A model generated the notes under the pieces. That model searched no databases and was not told the DNA's origin. It saw only the letters and a list, made by a program, of their open reading frames with translations. Shown one piece after another: positions 43,538 through 53,479 of a stretch of DNA of 64,000 nucleotides. The stretch spans positions 3,072,001 to 3,136,000 of the forward strand of contig OY970067.1 in NCBI GenBank assembly GCA_963705305.1, read 5' to 3'. This DNA comes from an uncultured Methylomirabilota bacterium. Its GTDB lineage: Bacteria > Methylomirabilota > Methylomirabilia > Methylomirabilales > 2-02-FULL-66-22. Both the position numbers and the translations under genes were made by a program. The stretch's first letter is position 1. Each line of letters begins with the position of its first letter.

Positions 43538-44374
43538 ATGGATCAGGCGGCGGCGGACCAGACGGGCGGCCAGGAGGGACGCGGCGATGATTGCCGGGAC
43601 CAATCCCAGCACCGGTAGAAGCGTCCCGAGGCTGGGCCGGCCCTCCATGAGGGATCGCGTGGCGCGCACGGCATAGGTGAGTGGAAGGAATCCGGCCGCC
43701 ACCCGGGCCCAGCGGGGCAGGGAGTCCAGCGGAAAGAAAACCCCGCAGAAGAGGAACATGGGGGTGATGACCAGGGTGAGGTAGTAATTGAAGAACTCGA
43801 AGCTTTGGGCCAGGGCGGCCACCATCAGGGAGAGCGCGGAGAAGAACAGGGCCAGCAGGGCCACGACGGCCGGCACCGCCACGGCCCACGGCGACGCGCT
43901 CAGCCCGAAGAGCCAGACCGCCGCCAGCATCACCGTGCCGTTAAAGACCCCCTTGGTCGCCCCCCAGAGAATGTCCCCGGCGACGATGTCTTCCATGCTG
44001 AGCGGCGTGGTGAAGATGGCCTCGTACGTCTTCTGGTGAATCATGCGCACGTACGCTCCGTAGGTGCACTCGTACGCCGCCGCGAACATCGCCGTCGAGA
44101 CGACCATCCCCGGCGCCACGAACGCCACGTACGGCCGGCCGCCGACCGTTCCCACCAGGGTTCCGAGGCCGAAGCCGAACCCCAGCAGGTAGAGCAGCGG
44201 CTCTCCGATGCTGGGGCCGACCAAGCTGGGGAGGGAATACTTCCGGAAGACGGCCAGGTTCCGCTGCCAGACGCGCACGGCGCGCCAGCCGGGAAGCGCG
44301 ACGCGCGGAGATCGGCGTCCCAACGTCCGGGAGAGCCCGGCCGGACCGGATTCGTCTCGGAGTTCCAGGCTCAT
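43535..44374 (-). CDS. ABC-2 transporter permease (NodJ-like)
   Basis: VWQRN, EPLLYL, FVAPG, ITPMFLFCGVFFP; multiple TM helices. Confidence 0.88.
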   Translation of the reverse strand: MSLELRDESGPAGLSRTLGRRSPRVALPGWRAVRVWQRNLAVFRKYSLPSLVGPSIGEPLLYLLGFGFGLGTLVGTVGGRPYVAFVAPGMVVSTAMFAAAYECTYGAYVRMIHQKTYEAIFTTPLSMEDIVAGDILWGATKGVFNGTVMLAAVWLFGLSASPWAVAVPAVVALLALFFSALSLMVAALAQSFEFFNYYLTLVITPMFLFCGVFFPLDSLPRWARVAAGFLPLTYAVRATRSLMEGRPSLGTLLPVLGLVPAIIAASLLAARLVRRRLIH

Positions 44375-45318
44375 GCGCGTCGATCCTCCTCTTCCAGGGC
44401 GCGTCCCGCCAGCTTCAGGAACAGGTCCTCGAGGCTGGCCGGCCGGTGCAGGAGATGTGGGGGATCAAGGGCGCTCACCCGGGGGAGCAGGGCGCGGCCC
44501 TCGCGGCAGTAGAGGTAGAGCGTGTCGCCCACCCGCTCCCAGCGGAGTGGAAGGCCGTCGACCGCGGCCAGGACGCGCCGCTGCAGCGACTCGTCCGCGC
44601 GGAGCTCGATGACCTCCTCGCCGATCTCGGTGCGCACCAGCTCCAAGGGGGGGCCGTGCCGCAGGATGCGGCCGGCATGCATCAGGGCCACCCGGTCGCA
44701 AAGCTGGGCGGCCTCTTCCATGTAATGCGTGGTGAGAACCTGGGTCGTGCCGCGCGCCTTCAGCTCGCGCAGACGCTACCACACCAGATGGCGGGCCTGG
44801 GGGTCCAAGCCCGTGGTGGGCTCGTCCAGGATGAGCAGATCGGGTCGATTCATGAGGGCTCGGGCGATCAGGAGGCGCCGCTTCATGCCACCGGAGAGCT
44901 CACCCAGCGGACTGGCGGCCCGGCTGGCCAGCGCCATGAAATCCAGCAGCTCGGCCGCGCGCCGCCGGGCCTCGCGGCGTGGGATGTCGAAATAGCGGGC
45001 AAAGGTCAGCAGGTTCTCCTCTGCCGAGAGATCCGGGTCGAGATTCTCCTCCTGCGGGACCACTCCGAGCCGGCGCTTTACCGCAGCCGGCTCGCGGTCC
45101 ACCCGCATCCCCAGGACCTGGAGCTCCCCAGCCGTGATCGGCGTCACGGCATGGATCATGCGAACGGTGGTGGTCTTTCCGGCCCCATTGGGGCCGAGGA
45201 ACCCAAAGCACTCGCTGGCCCGGACCTCGAAGTCGATGCCGTCCACGGCAACGAGATGATCGAAATGCTTGCGTAGTTGGCGGGCGCGAATGGCCGGAGC
45301 AAACACAGGCATCACCAA
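44371..45318 (-). pseudogene. ABC transporter ATP-binding protein (NodI-like) with in-frame TAG at 44776-44778
   Basis: [40 protein letters not shown]...TTHYMEEA, all in one frame. Confidence 0.88.
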
Positions 45319-45364
45319 TCAGGGCCTGACCCTGGCCGGAGCCGGGGCGCCGGGCGGAGAGAAC

Positions 45365-45399
45365 AAAACCCCGGCGACTATCGTATGTCGCCGGGGTTT
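45365..45399 (-). terminator. Intrinsic terminator after the csp gene
   Basis: AAACCCCGGCGAC/GTCGCCGGGGTTT stem; short T tail on the minus strand. Confidence 0.75.
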
Positions 45400-45429
45400 G
45401 AACGTCAACGGACTCTGGTGCGCCGGGAG

Positions 45430-45645
45430 CTACTGGGCCTGCGCAACCTTCGTGACGTTGGCAGCCTGCTTCCCCTTGGGGCCGTCCACCACTTCGAACT
45501 CCACCTCCTGGCCCTCGCTTAGGGAACGGAAGCCTGTTCCCTGTATGGCAGTATAATGGACAAAGACATCATCGCCATCCGGCCGCTCGATGAATCCGTA
45601 TCCCTTTGCGTCGTTGAACCACTTCACTTTCCCGGTGAGCCTCAC
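45430..45645 (-). CDS. Cold-shock protein (CspA family)
   Basis: [24 protein letters not shown] motifs; GTG start behind AGGAGG. Confidence 0.95.
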   Translation of the reverse strand: MRLTGKVKWFNDAKGYGFIERPDGDDVFVHYTAIQGTGFRSLSEGQEVEFEVVDGPKGKQAANVTKVAQAQ

Positions 45646-45752
45646 GTGCGAACCTCCTTCTTGCCATGCATGCCCATCCACACCGACGGACACCTCGCGC
45701 CAGCTGGCCCGTGTCCGCCCGCCGGCCTCCACACGACAGCGGCCGGCTCAAT

Positions 45753-45790
45753 AAAAAAACCGCGACGGCGAAAGCCCGGCGCCGTCGCGG
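45753..45790 (-). terminator. Terminator within the csp 5' leader
   Basis: 11-bp stem CCGCGACGGCG/CGCCGTCGCGG followed by T7 on the minus strand. Confidence 0.8.
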
Positions 45791-45864
45791 CCCTGGTCAG
45801 ATTCCCGGAAACAAAAGGCATACGCGAGCATGGACAAAACAGTTCTCAGGGTTAAACGGCGCGC

Positions 45865-45893
45865 ACATTACCCTGGGGTCAAAACATTGTCAA
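45865..45893 (-). promoter_or_regulatory. Sigma70 promoter for the csp leader
   Basis: TTGACA-N17-TAATGT on the minus strand. Confidence 0.7.
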
Positions 45894-46087
45894 GAACTTT
45901 CTCTGCTGCGTCATGGAAAAGGACGGGGTTCCTGACAGGCCGGGCGGTGTCGTCCCCCACAGCACTCCGGGTCGGACCGTCGGCGGCGGGATGCGGTCGG
46001 ACCTGGGAAATCGGGTTGACACCTCCGACGAGGGTGAGTACAGTCTCGCCGCGGCTTCTTCCCCGATGCCAGCGCGGGAGCCCCACA

Positions 46088-46887
46088 TGGCCACATCCGC
46101 TGCGACGATGGCGAGAGCCATGACCACCGTTCAGACAATTCCCGAATGGTACGCCCTCCGGACGCGCTCTCGCCACGAGAAGCTCGTCCGGGACCAGCTG
46201 ACCGCCAAGGGCATCGAGCCGTTCCTGCCGCTCGTGGAGCGGTGGCGGCAGTGGAAGGACCGGCGCAAGCAGGTGGCCTTCCCATTGTTCCCCGGCTATT
46301 GCTTCGCCCGGTTCTCACTCTCGGCGCGCCGCACCGTCCTCTTGGTGCACGGGGTTGTGCAGATCATCGGCAACCGGGACGGACCGCTGCCCGTCCCGGA
46401 GGCCGAAATCGAATCGGTTCGGCGCCTCGTGACGAGCACACTTCCGTACGATCCTCACCCCTATCTGCACGAGGGAATGTGGGTAGAAGTGATCCGCGGG
46501 CCCCTGGCCGGACTGCGTGGAGTACTCCTCCGCAAAGGCGCGCGGGCCCGGTTGGTGATCAGCGTGTCGTTGATCCAGCAGGCGGCCTCCGTCGAGCTAG
46601 ACGCCGAGGACGTTCTCGCCACTTCGCTGACTCCAGATATCGCCCGCCGAGGCGGTAAAGCGCGCAAAGAATCGCCACCCCTCGGCGCGGCCGTGGCCCG
46701 ACCGGGACGAGACGTTCCGACAGCCTCCGCGATTCCCTGTGCGCGGTCCGGATCCAGGAACGGCGCGGCCGGAGCGCGTGCAGCGCTCCGGCCGATGATT
46801 GCCGCCTTGTTACTGTCCCGTCCGCCCGGCGCTTGGAGCGCCGGGCCCCGGAGGGCGGAGGCTATTCGGGGCTTTGCGTGGGCGTGA
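46088..46887 (+). CDS. NusG paralog, UpxY/RfaH/LoaP-type transcription antiterminator (start and C-terminal tail uncertain)
   Basis: WYALRTRSRHEK, QWKDRRK.V..PLFPGYCF NGN domain; V.VIRGPLAGL.G KOW motif. Confidence 0.88.
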
Positions 46888-48760
46888 CAGCGGGAGCCAC
46901 CCCCAGGGCGTTCACCCCCCAGAAGCCCAGTCGCTCGCCGGCATGCGAGTACGCCGCACGCACCCGGCCGAGGTTGCGGGTGAAGACCAGGCCGATCTTG
47001 GCAAAGCTTTCGAAGATCGGGCCCTGCTCTTCGTTGATGGGAAGCTGGACGACCTTGGGCAGGCGATCCAGATTCTGCTGCAAGGTCTTGGAGAGGGCCT
47101 CCAGGCGGGCCGACAACTCCTCCTGGCCCTGCGTCGCGCGTTTGACGATGGGCGCGATGATCAGATCCACCCGCTCGCGCAGGCGGTGAAGGGAGTCGGC
47201 AGCCATCGGCATGAGGTACGCCTCGGGGGTGGGCTGCGCCTGCGTGGGCAGGGCGACCACCTCGACGCCCAGCTCGGCCAGGAAGCGCTGGAGCAGGAGG
47301 CCCAGACGGTCCTGCAGAAACACATCCGGGACGGCCACCCGCTTCCACGTCTTCACCAGGCCGGATTCGTGAACACGATCCACCTCGCCGTACAGGTCCT
47401 GGCGCAGCTTGGCCACGTAGCCGACGTTGGCCTTATACCATTCATGGATGAGCCGCTTGCCGTACAGCTGGATGCCGGCCGTATAGATATCCCGGCGCAG
47501 TACCAGGGTGCGGGCGATGTTCCCCCAGGAGTAGAACTTGCGCATGGCGTTCATGGCGCCCAGCTGCAGCTCGTAGGGGGACATCTTCCGCGGCTGGTGC
47601 ACGCAGTGGTGGCCGTCGTACAGGCTCCAGTCCGCACAGATGATGTCCTTGCTCCCCTTGGCGTAAATGTTGTCCCAGTCGGGAGAGCCGGGGCAGGGTG
47701 TGAGGATCATGAATTGCACCGACTCCACGCCGCGGGAGATGGCAAAGTTGGCCGTGGCGTCCAGGGTCTCCACCTCGTCCTCATCCGACCCCACGACGAA
47801 CATCCCGTGAATCTTGACATCGTGCTCGTGGAACTTCTCGATGGCCCGCTCGATCTTGGCCAGGTCCTGCTTCTTCTGGAAGAGCTTGAGAGTCTTGGGG
47901 TTGATGGACTCGAAGCCCACGTACACATTGAAGCAATTGCTGCGCCGCATCAAATCCAGCAGCTCGGGGTCGTCCACGGTTTCCGTGCGCACCTGGGCGC
48001 CCCACTCGGGCGTCAGCCCCTCGTCGATCATCCGGGAGAGAAGCTCCTTGATGCGGCGTCGGTTGGCCGTGAAGATGTCGTCGGCGAAGAAGATGTAGCT
48101 GGCGTCCCGATGCGCCCGGAGCTCCTCCAGGACCCGGTCCACGGAATGGGTCCGGAAGGCATGCCCGTACATGCCGGGGACGGAGCAGAAGGTGCAGGAG
48201 TACGGGCAGCCGCGCGAGGTGGCGACGCTGACGATCCCGCCCCGCCTCCAGCCGTGAACCAGGCTGAAGTCGGGAACGGGATTCACGTCCAGGTCCCGGA
48301 TCTTGGGTCGCTCCGGGTTGTGGACCATGACACCGTCCCGCCAGAAGGAGAGGTTCTGGATGCTGGCCAGGTCCCGCTTGCCCTGCAGCGCCTCGGCCAG
48401 CTCGACGAAGGCCGCCTCACCCTCTCCGCGGATCACGTAGTCGGCGTGTTGCAGTCCCTCCTCCGTCAAGAAGGAGGTGTGGGTTCCCCCCAGAACCACC
48501 GGGATCCCGGCGGCCCGGACCTTCTCCGCCAGCGCGTAGGAGGGGGGGGCGGTGGAGGTGATGGCGGACACCCCGACGAAATCCGCGCTCAGGACTTCCT
48601 GCATATTGATAGGGGCAATGTCCTCGATATAGACGCGGACGTCGTACCCCAGGTTCCGCATGATGGTCCCCAACAGCACGACTCCCAGGCGCGGAATGGC
48701 TACCCGGCTGTAGACGTGCAGGTGGGTAGACTTCGGCTCCACCAGGACGACTTTGCGCAT
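46862..48760 (-). CDS. B12-binding radical SAM protein with extra C-terminal domain
   Basis: N-terminal cobalamin-binding fold (VGVS..T, LGGTH, RGEGE), TSRGCPYSCTFC, FADD.F, GFES. Confidence 0.88.
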   Translation of the reverse strand: MRKVVLVEPKSTHLHVYSRVAIPRLGVVLLGTIMRNLGYDVRVYIEDIAPINMQEVLSADFVGVSAITSTAPPSYALAEKVRAAGIPVVLGGTHTSFLTEEGLQHADYVIRGEGEAAFVELAEALQGKRDLASIQNLSFWRDGVMVHNPERPKIRDLDVNPVPDFSLVHGWRRGGIVSVATSRGCPYSCTFCSVPGMYGHAFRTHSVDRVLEELRAHRDASYIFFADDIFTANRRRIKELLSRMIDEGLTPEWGAQVRTETVDDPELLDLMRRSNCFNVYVGFESINPKTLKLFQKKQDLAKIERAIEKFHEHDVKIHGMFVVGSDEDEVETLDATANFAISRGVESVQFMILTPCPGSPDWDNIYAKGSKDIICADWSLYDGHHCVHQPRKMSPYELQLGAMNAMRKFYSWGNIARTLVLRRDIYTAGIQLYGKRLIHEWYKANVGYVAKLRQDLYGEVDRVHESGLVKTWKRVAVPDVFLQDRLGLLLQRFLAELGVEVVALPTQAQPTPEAYLMPMAADSLHRLRERVDLIIAPIVKRATQGQEELSARLEALSKTLQQNLDRLPKVVQLPINEEQGPIFESFAKIGLVFTRNLGRVRAAYSHAGERLGFWGVNALGVAPAVTPTQSPE

Positions 48761-49073
48761 ATCCGGTCTCCTCCAGGCGGTGCGACCCCGGCAAACCAAG
48801 CCCCAGCGGGTCTCGCCCTGTGGATTTCCAAGACGGGCTCACCCTGAGCCCCGGGTGGAAGGAAATAGCCGCTATCCAAGCACCTTAGCCCAGCCCCCGG
48901 CGCTTGTCAAACACTAATTTTTCCGCAGTTTCGCCGCCAGCGGGGCAGTCTGACGTCGGTGAATGGGGCCGTAGGCGCCGAAGCGCGGTGGGATCGCGCG
49001 AATTCGCATAACAATCCGGGGCCGGGGCCACGCCCCCGAAATCGGCCCGGCGGGCAGTAACCGGCATACCCGG

Positions 49074-49101
49074 TTGACAATCGTGGGTAAGCTGTTATAA
49101 A
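49074..49101 (+). promoter_or_regulatory. Sigma70 promoter
   Basis: TTGACA-N16-TATAAA with extended -10 TG. Confidence 0.65.
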
Positions 49102-49131
49102 GGTAACCGATTGAAAAATCAGGAAAGGCGG

Positions 49132-49518
49132 ATGTCCAACTTCCTGGTTCGATGGGCCACGACCGCCGTGGCCATTGGTGTGGCGGCTCAGATACTACCG
49201 GGAATCAGGGTGGATGGCCTATGGGCGGCCATCGTGGCGGCGCTGCTCCTCGGCCTTGTGAACGCCACGCTTCGTCCAATCCTCCTCCTCTTGACTCTTC
49301 CCATCACGGTGGTGACGCTGGGGCTGTTCGCCTTGATTGTCAACGGCGCAATGCTGGCCCTGGTCGCAAGCGTGGTCAAGGGGGTCCACGTGAGCGGTTT
49401 CGGCAGCGCGATCTTGGGCGCCCTGGTCATCAGTCTGGTGGGCGGCGTGTTGAACTCGCTGATTCGCCCGCAGCCGCGGCTGCACGTGCGGGTCTGGCGG
49501 TCGCGGGATGAATTCTAA
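49132..49518 (+). CDS. 4-TM membrane protein, YvlD / phage-holin-IV-like family
   Basis: LGLVNA.LRPIL.LLTLP..V.TLGLF.LIVN signature. Confidence 0.85.
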   Translation: MSNFLVRWATTAVAIGVAAQILPGIRVDGLWAAIVAALLLGLVNATLRPILLLLTLPITVVTLGLFALIVNGAMLALVASVVKGVHVSGFGSAILGALVISLVGGVLNSLIRPQPRLHVRVWRSRDEF

Positions 49519-49536
49519 CAGCTGGAAGGAGGCGCC

Positions 49537-50472
49537 GTGGGCATTCGAAAAGCGGTGTTCCCTGCAGCGGGGCTCGGGACCCGGTTCCTGCCGGCGACCA
49601 AGGCACAACCCAAGGAAATGCTTCCCATCGTGGATCGACCCACGATCCAGTATGTTGTCGAGGAGGCGGTCGCGTCGGGCATCCAGGAGATTATCGTCGT
49701 CACCGGCCGGGGCAAGAACGCCATCGAGGATCACTTCGACCGCTGTCTCGAGCTGGAGATGATGCTCTCTCGAAGGGGCCGGCCGGACCTGGTAGAGACC
49801 GTGCGGCACCTCTCCGATCTTGTGACGATCTGCTACGTGAGGCAGAAGGAGCCGCTGGGACTGGGACACGCCGTCCTGGCTGCCAGGGAGCTGGTGGGGA
49901 ACGAGCCCTTTGCCGTCCTGCTGGGAGACGACATCCTGACCGGCGAGGTGCCGGCGCTCCGCCAGTTGATGGCCGTGCACGAGGAGCATGGCTGTTCGGT
50001 GCTCTGTGTGCAGCGGGTCCCCAAGGAGGTTGTCTCCCGCTACGGCGTCATCAAGGGGCGAAAGCTGTCGGAGGGCCTGTACCACATCATGGATCTTGTC
50101 GAGAAGCCGGAGGTGGACAAGGCCCCTTCCACGCTGGCGCTCATCGGCCGGTACATTCTGCCTCCCGAGATCTTTCCGATCCTGCAGCGCACGGCTCCGG
50201 ACCGGACCGGCGAGATCCAGCTGACTAATGCGCTCAAGACGCTGCTGAAGGACAGGCGGCACATGATCTACGCCATGGAATTTGCGGGGGAATGGCACGA
50301 TGCGGGGACCGTGCTGGGGTTCCTGAAGACCACGGTGCGGTTTGCGCTCCGGCGGCCGGACGTGGCCCCCGGATTCAAAGAGTTTCTGCGCGGCTTAGAT
50401 CTGGAATCAGATGAAGGCGCGGCCGGTCGGACGGGCAGACATTCACAGCACCCCGCGGCGCATCGGCGCTGA
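49537..50472 (+). CDS. galU: UTP--glucose-1-phosphate uridylyltransferase
   Basis: KAVFPAAGLGTRFLPATKAQPKEMLP, RQKEPLGLGHA, VEKP, GEIQLT. Confidence 0.95.
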   Translation: MGIRKAVFPAAGLGTRFLPATKAQPKEMLPIVDRPTIQYVVEEAVASGIQEIIVVTGRGKNAIEDHFDRCLELEMMLSRRGRPDLVETVRHLSDLVTICYVRQKEPLGLGHAVLAARELVGNEPFAVLLGDDILTGEVPALRQLMAVHEEHGCSVLCVQRVPKEVVSRYGVIKGRKLSEGLYHIMDLVEKPEVDKAPSTLALIGRYILPPEIFPILQRTAPDRTGEIQLTNALKTLLKDRRHMIYAMEFAGEWHDAGTVLGFLKTTVRFALRRPDVAPGFKEFLRGLDLESDEGAAGRTGRHSQHPAAHRR

Positions 50473-50506
50473 TCCAGACAGTCATTTTGGAGGGCGTGCG
50501 AGGAGC

Positions 50507-50767
50507 ATGATCGACAAGAAGCCGCCACGTCAGCCAGCAGCCAGCAGGCCGGACGAGCCGGAGGGGACCGAGGAGCAGCCAGTCGCTCCGGGCCAGGAGG
50601 ACCGGGCGGAGGCCGACCCGTCGTCGACCGAGGTGCCCGAAGGGCCGGATCTGTATGAGGATCTCTGGGATCCGGACATGGACACGCGTCCGGCGCGCAT
50701 TCGCCGCACGCGGGCCCGAGCGCGCAGCGCAGCATCCACGAAGGGGAGGCGGCGTGAGAGCGCGTGA
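50507..50767 (+). CDS. Small low-complexity hypothetical protein
   Basis: AGGAG RBS; fills the galU-lon gap; acidic then basic composition. Confidence 0.4.
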   Translation: MIDKKPPRQPAASRPDEPEGTEEQPVAPGQEDRAEADPSSTEVPEGPDLYEDLWDPDMDTRPARIRRTRARARSAASTKGRRRESA

Positions 50768-50830
50768 ACCTCGAGGACCGTGTGCGAGTCGCGTCCACGT
50801 CCGAGGGCGAACCAACAAGGAGAATGGTGC

Positions 50831-53332
50831 GTGAAAGACCAGGAGCCGGTGGAGGCGGTGGAGCAGCCGTTCGCCGAAAAAGAGACAGACGCCATCGATG
50901 AGGCGATGGACAGCGGTGCAGGGATCGAGCGCCCGCAGGCCGATCGCAAGATGCCGACCGATATCCCGGTCCTGCCGGTGCGCGATGTGGTGGTGTATCC
51001 CTTCATGATCCTCCCCCTCTTCGTCGGGCGGGACAAATCCATTCGGGCGGTGGACGAGGCGCTGTCGCGGGAACGGCTGATCCTCTTGGTGGCCCAGCGC
51101 GATGCGGAGGCGGAGGATCCGGCGCCGGAGGGTCTCCACCCCGTGGGCACCGTGGCCATGATCATGCGGATGCTGAAGATGCCCGACGGCCGCGTGAAGA
51201 TCCTGGTCCAGGGAGTCTCCCGCGCCACGGTGCTGTCGTTCGTGCGGCGGGATCCCTACTTCGAGGCCAAGATCAGCGAGGTCGCGGAGCCTGAGAACGC
51301 TCCGCAGGGGTTGGAGGCGGAAGCGTTGATCCGGTCGGTGAAAGAGCAGATCCAGAAGGGCATCAATCTCGGCAAGGGCGTATCCCCGGATGTGCAGGTC
51401 ATCATCAACAATCTGGAGCACGCCGGGCGCCTGGCGGATCTGGTGGCCAGCAACATGGATCTCCGGGTCGAGCAGGCCCAGCAGATCCTGGAGACCTTCG
51501 ATCCGGTAGAGCGGCTGCGCAGGCTCTCCGAGCTTCTGGGCAAGGAGCTCGAGGTTCTGGAGATGCAGCACAAGATCCAGAGCCAGGCCCGCGAGGAGAT
51601 GGACAAGACCCATCGGGAATACTACCTCCGGGAGCAGCTCAAGGCCATCCAGAAGGAGCTGGGCGAGGCCGACGAGCGGGGGCAGGAGATACAGGAGCTG
51701 GAGCAAAAGATCGAAAAAGCCAAGATGCCCCCGCCGGTGCTGCAGGAGGCCAAGACGCAGCTGGGCCGCCTGTCCCGCATGCATCCGGATGCCGCGGAGG
51801 CCTCCGTCATCCGGACCTATCTGGACTGGCTCATCGATCTGCCGTGGGCCAAACAGACCCACGACAAACTGAGTATCAAGCAGGCCCAGAAGATCCTCGA
51901 CGAGGACCACTACGACCTGGAGAAGGTCAAGGAGCGCATCCTCGAATACCTGGCGGTCCGGTCGCTCAAGAAGAAGCTGCAGAAGAAGATGAAGGGGCCG
52001 ATCCTGTGCTTCGTCGGACCGCCCGGCGTGGGAAAGACCTCGCTGGGGCGCTCCATCGCCCGCGCGCTGGGACGCAAGTTCGTGCGGATCTCCCTGGGAG
52101 GCGTCCGGGATGAGGCGGAGATCCGGGGACATCGGCGCACCTATATCGGGGCGCTGCCGGGCAAGATCATCCAGAGCATCAAGCAGTCCGGGACCAACAA
52201 TCCCGTCTTCATGATGGATGAGATCGACAAGGTGGGGGCCGACTTCCGTGGCGACCCGTCGGCGGCCCTGCTGGAGGTCCTGGATCCTGAGCAGAACGAA
52301 TCGTTCACGGATCACTACCTGGGGGTGCCATTCGACCTCCGCAACACCATGTTCATCACCACGGCCAACCTGGCCGATCCGATCATTCCGGCCCTGAAGG
52401 ATCGAATGGAGATCATCGAGATCTCGGGCTATACCGAAGAGGAGAAGCTGCATATCGCCCGCCGCTACATTCTCCCGCGCCAGCTGGAGGAGCACGGCAT
52501 CACGGGGCGGCACCTGGAGCTGCCCGACGAAGCCATCCTCAAGATCATCCAGAGCTACACCCGGGAGGCGGGACTTCGCAATCTGGAGCGGGAGGTGGCG
52601 CAGGTGTGCCGGAAGGTGGCCCGGGAGGTGGCGGCCGGCAAGAAGGGCACGATGCGCGTCACGCCCGCCGGATTGGACCGGTTCCTGGGCTCGCCCAAGT
52701 TTCTCCCCGAGCCCGAGCAGGAGCGGGACGAGGTCGGCGTGGCCACCGGGCTGGTGTGGACCCAGACCGGCGGAGACATCCAGTACATCGAATGTACCAT
52801 GATGCGCGGCAAGGGGAACCTGTCGCTCACCGGCCACCTGGGGGATGTCATCAAGGAGTCGGCCCAGGCGGCCATGAGTTACGCGCGGTCCCGGGCGGCC
52901 GGCCTCCGCATCAAAGAGGAGACCTTTTCCAAACACGACTTTCACATTCACCTTCCGGCCGGGGCTATCCCCAAGGACGGCCCCTCGGCTGGCATTACCA
53001 TGGCCACGGTTCTGATCTCTTGCCTGACCCGGACGCCGGTCCGCCGGGACGTGGCCATGACCGGGGAGATCACGCTGCGCGGCAAGGTGTTGCCCATCGG
53101 CGGCCTCAAGGAGAAGGTCCTGGCGGCTCGCCGCATGGGGATCAAGACGGTCGTCATCCCGACCAAGAATGACAAGGACGTGAAGGAGCTCCCCGCCAAC
53201 GTTCGGCGGGGGATGCGCTTCGTCTATGTGGACCACATGGACCAGGTGCTGGATGTCGCCTTGGTAAAGGGGGTCGGGGCCCGCAGGCGCCCGGCCCCGC
53301 CCGTCGAGCCACGGGTGGCGGCCCGCGCCTGA
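50831..53332 (+). CDS. lon: ATP-dependent Lon protease
   Basis: [32 protein letters not shown] catalytic Ser, GGLKEK. Confidence 0.96.
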   Translation: MKDQEPVEAVEQPFAEKETDAIDEAMDSGAGIERPQADRKMPTDIPVLPVRDVVVYPFMILPLFVGRDKSIRAVDEALSRERLILLVAQRDAEAEDPAPEGLHPVGTVAMIMRMLKMPDGRVKILVQGVSRATVLSFVRRDPYFEAKISEVAEPENAPQGLEAEALIRSVKEQIQKGINLGKGVSPDVQVIINNLEHAGRLADLVASNMDLRVEQAQQILETFDPVERLRRLSELLGKELEVLEMQHKIQSQAREEMDKTHREYYLREQLKAIQKELGEADERGQEIQELEQKIEKAKMPPPVLQEAKTQLGRLSRMHPDAAEASVIRTYLDWLIDLPWAKQTHDKLSIKQAQKILDEDHYDLEKVKERILEYLAVRSLKKKLQKKMKGPILCFVGPPGVGKTSLGRSIARALGRKFVRISLGGVRDEAEIRGHRRTYIGALPGKIIQSIKQSGTNNPVFMMDEIDKVGADFRGDPSAALLEVLDPEQNESFTDHYLGVPFDLRNTMFITTANLADPIIPALKDRMEIIEISGYTEEEKLHIARRYILPRQLEEHGITGRHLELPDEAILKIIQSYTREAGLRNLEREVAQVCRKVAREVAAGKKGTMRVTPAGLDRFLGSPKFLPEPEQERDEVGVATGLVWTQTGGDIQYIECTMMRGKGNLSLTGHLGDVIKESAQAAMSYARSRAAGLRIKEETFSKHDFHIHLPAGAIPKDGPSAGITMATVLISCLTRTPVRRDVAMTGEITLRGKVLPIGGLKEKVLAARRMGIKTVVIPTKNDKDVKELPANVRRGMRFVYVDHMDQVLDVALVKGVGARRRPAPPVEPRVAARA

Positions 53333-53357
53333 GTGACCGGTGAGACAGCCGGGCGGC

Positions 53358-53442
53358 CAGCGGATTGCGGAGTGCGGATTTCGGAATCGAGGGACGAGCA
53401 GGCTTTCCCCCAATCCGCAATGCCCAATCCGCATTGCGAAAA
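53358..53442. repeat. Inverted heptamer repeat element, related to 36105-36220
   Basis: gcggatt gcggagt gcggatt tcggaat ... aatccgc aatgccc aatccgc. Confidence 0.8.
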
Positions 53443-53479
53443 TGGCGAGTTTCAGCCAGCAAGGAGGAGCGCACTCGTT

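Noticed and set aside
49132..49518. Holin-like gene as evidence of a prophage
   Set aside because: YvlD-type membrane proteins are commonly chromosomal; no phage genes nearby.
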